Of a stretch of 64,000 nt of DNA, positions 60,706-64,000 are shown in pieces (the first letter of the stretch is position 1; the number at the start of each line of letters is the position of its first letter). Under the pieces are notes generated by a model. The model had not been told where the DNA came from. It was given only the letters and a program-made list of their open reading frames with translations, and did not search any database. This stretch comes from Prorocentrum cordatum (lineage: Eukaryota): positions 1-64,000 of the forward strand of contig CAUYUJ010000213.1 in NCBI GenBank assembly GCA_963575745.1. The letters run 5' to 3'. The position numbers and the translations under genes were made by a program.

Positions 60706-60929
60706 TTTAAACATCAAGAAACATGCTTATAGCATTGGGTTGTGGAGTACGATCAGTGGAGACGAAATACGTCGCCAAATGATTTCCAGACGTCCAACAC
60801 ATGTTTTGAACGTGTTTTAAACATCAAAAACCAGTTTAGAACATGTTTCTGACATTTTTCCTACATCTTAAAATCACATGTCAAATTCAATGATCGGACT
60901 GTCAGGGTGTCCATTGTCGTGGCATCCGC

Positions 60930-63900
60930 AACTCTTGGGCCGTCTCGGGCCGTCGCAAGGCCTGAAAGAAGCAACTGCCAAAATCTTGTAATACCGATGG
61001 AGCATCAATGTCTTGGGCTTCTTCGGAGCCTTCCTGGGTCTTGAAGGCCTCTTGGAGGCCTCTGGGGCCTCCTTGGGTCGTCCTGGAGGGAACTTGGAGG
61101 CGTCTTGTACCCTCTTGAACCGTCTTCGAGGCCATTTGGACCATCTTGGGTGAACTTAGAGGCATCTTGGCCGTCTTGGATGCCATCTTGGGCCGTCTTG
61201 GAGATTTTTGTTGTGCAAGTTGTGCTCATTTCTGGGCCTTCGGGTGGCCGGCGGGACGGGCCGAAGCCCCAGGGGGAGTTCTTTTGAGAAACAACTAACC
61301 ATAAGAAGTTCAGCACGCCATGCAGCCCGGAGGCCAGACCACAGGGGGCGGCACATCGAATGGCATCCAGACCATCCCGCTACCGTGCCTGGGTCGTGGG
61401 TCAAGGTCATGAGGGATGCTTCGTCGGGTCTCTTGTTTCCGGGCGCTCTCGGGGGCATCTTGGGGGCAGTTTTGCAGCGCCTTGGGGGCCTCTTGGGGGC
61501 TTCCCTGGAACCTCTTGGGGCCTCTCGGGAGCTTCTTGGAGCCTCTTGGGGGCCTCTTGCGGCCCTCTAGGGCCTCCTGGGGGCCACTCGGGGCCAAGGG
61601 CTCGAAACGACCGTTCGGGTTCCCCATCTGGGCCCCCTTTTGGGCCCGTCTTTGGGCCCGTCTTTGGGCCGTCTTGGGCCGTCATGGGCGCCTCTTGGGC
61701 CGTCTTCGGGCCCTCTTGGGCCGTCTTGGGGCCCTCTCGAGGGCCTCTGGGGCCGTCTTGGGGCCGTCTTGGGGGCCTCGTGGGCCGTCTTGGAGCGTCC
61801 GAAAGCCGAAACGGCGAGAAGGCCAAACACCTTCAAACATCTAAGATCAATGATGTTTGGCTCTTGGCCATCTTGGTACGCCTCTTGGAATACTCTTTCG
61901 ACATCTTCGGGGCGTATTGGGGCACGCTTGGGCCTTCTCGGAGGCATCGTCGGCCCTCTAGGGTGCTTTTGGACACATGTTTGGCAAGTTGCGCTGCCTG
62001 AGGACGCGCGCGACACGCCCGGGGAATCCCCGGGGAATCCCGGGAATCCCCAGAAATCCCCAGAAATCTTGGGACATCTTTGTGTAAGTGGTGGACTGGG
62101 CCTTTAAGACCTTATAGAACCCTACACTCTGAACTTCTCAGGGCTGCATGAGCCTTGGGGCACTCCACTACGTGCTGCAGGCACGGCGGATGATTGGTGT
62201 TTGTTATCGATGGTGGCTATTTGTCTGGTATACGTTTATGTTTGCCAGTTCGTGGTGAAAGTGAACGGTGTCTTTTATTTGATGTAGTATGTTGGCAGTG
62301 GTTGCTGTTGGTGGTTGTCCTCGATGCATTTTGGCAGTGTGACGCTTGCGAAACGCTGTGTCGCCTACACCTCCATGGTGGGGTTGTCGGTGAGTCCCGC
62401 CTTTTCTATGCGTGTCGTTGTCTGCTAATTCTTTATGATATATAATGGTCTTCGGGCTCAGGTTGCCGGTCAAAAGGTCTGTTGGATGCTCGTGGAGATA
62501 TTGCGAAGGCCTGACGGCCGGTACCGCCGACCCTGAGTGGCGACGGCGACGACGACGACGACGATGAGCGCTCTCTGAGGCCTCTTGGGGGTAGTTTTGG
62601 GGCCTGTTGGGTGGCTCTCGGGGGCCGCTTGGGTGGCTCTTGGGGGCCTCTTGGCGCTTCCTGGGGGTCTTTTGGGGGCTTCTTGGAGCCTCTTGGGGGG
62701 CTTCTTGGGAGCCTCTGGGGGCCTCCTTAGAGCTTCTCAGGGGGGCGAGGGCTCGAAATGACCGTTCGGGTCCCCCGTCTGGGCTCTCTTTTGGAGCCGT
62801 CTTGGGGGGCCTCTTCGGCTGTCTTGGAGGCCTCTTGGGCGGTCTTGGGGCCCTCTTGGGTCGTTTTGGGCCCCTTTGGGAGGCCTCTTGGGCCATCTTG
62901 GGGCGGTCTTGGGGACCTCTTGGCCCGTCGTGGAGCGTCTGGAAGCTGACAAAGCGACAATGCCGAAATCTTTCAAAAACCTTAGGGAAATCTGTGAATT
63001 TTGCCCTTTGGTGTCCTCTTGGAAGTTCTCTTGGAATCCTCTTGGGGCTTTTTGGGAACATGTTTGAGCCGTCTGGAGGCTACTGCGGCGACTTGGACCG
63101 ATACTTCGGCGATTCGGAGCCCTCGAGGTCCGTCTTGGGGGCATCTTGGTTGGGGCACTTTTGCCGCGTCTTGGGGATTTTCTGGGCCCCCGAACCGCCC
63201 GGGGGGGACGTTGTATCTGGGTGGCGGCCACCCCCGGGACCCCCCCGGGACCCCCTCTCCCGGGCTACCCCCCGCCCCCCCCCTTGCGGGGAGGGGATAA
63301 AATGGAAGGGGCTTCCCTTTGACTCAACTACAACATTGCTCAATTTCGCTGTGGCTGGCGCGCTCGAGGAGGAGGGCCTGGTGAAAGTGGGGGGAGCGGC
63401 GTCGGGCCTGGAAGGGGAGGGGTAGCGGCGAAAGCGACGTCGACGATGACGACAACGACCACGACGACGACGGCGAGTCAAACGGAACAGCCCGTGGAGA
63501 TAGTTTTTGGAGGCCCCTCGGAAGCCACGTGGGGGCGGCCTTGGGGGTGTTGTGCAGGCCTCTCGTTTTTGTTTCTAGGAGGGCCCCCTGGGGCTTGATT
63601 GGGGGCCTTCTTTGGAGCCTCCTGGGGCTTCCTGTGGTGCCCTGGGGGACCTCCTGGCGGTTTGGGGGAACTATCTTGGTTATACGAGAATGCGACATGA
63701 CAGTTCGCGTTTCCCCTCTTTGGGATCTCTTGGGCTATCTTGGGGCGATCTTGGAGGTCTCCTCGGCCGTCTTGAAGCATCGGGCGCCCGAAAAGGCGAG
63801 AACTGTAAAAGAATTTAAACACCTGCGGAACATATATGATTTGGGCATCTCGGGCCCTTTTGGGGGGGCCTCTTGGAGCCTTGGGGCGTGTTGGGGGCGC

Positions 63901-64000
63901 CTTAGGCCATCTTACGGCCGGCCATCTGAGGTGTTTTGAAACGCCCTTGGGCCTTCTCGGGGGTCTTTGCGGATTCTTCGGTAGGCTTCTTAGGGCCAGG
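60930..64000. repeat. Dispersed repeat family built on degenerate GGGCC(G)TCTTGG units; also ~26190-27050 and ~48540-48920
   Basis: Recurrent ~10-11-mer periodicity plus shared landmarks such as GGGCTCGAAA.GACCGTTCGGGT at ~61600 and ~62750. Confidence 0.8.
63363..63425 (+). CDS. Candidate terminal exon of the eEF3-like gene (LEEEGLVKVGG...*)
   Basis: Would give IWSVLEEEGLVKV, resembling the last ABC strands. GCTC junction repeat, but no canonical acceptor. Confidence 0.35.
   Translation, partial: LEEEGLVKVGGAASGLEGEG

Overview
GC-rich, repeat-dense eukaryotic DNA. GC-/GA-donor introns, DIRS-type relics and the MITE load suggest a dinoflagellate, but this is inference. Almost all ORF-track entries are spurious (GC-rich or microsatellite-derived). 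Supportable content: (1) a + strand multi-exon ABC-F gene of the eEF3/New1 type, with two ABC domains and a chromodomain-like insert in ABC2, at ~49167-59071 (possible last exon to 63425). Most of its introns have direct repeats at the junctions and several are TIR elements; three cannot be removed precisely with a canonical AG acceptor. (2) An ~11.2 kb segment (23641-34867) bounded by the two TIRs of a local MITE family and a perfect 8-bp target duplication. It carries a fragmented CMGC-like Ser/Thr kinase, 42-bp palindromic arrays and TAGGG/TTAGC satellites. (3) A decayed DIRS/Ngaro-type retroelement (~11070-14180) and an RNase H relic. (4) At least seven MITE families, two with long, variable flanking duplications (up to ~50-85 bp). 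(5) Many microsatellites. Short exon-like islands between ~5.6 and 45.5 kb may be the 5' part of one very long host gene, which cannot be assembled by eye. Exon boundaries are manual estimates.
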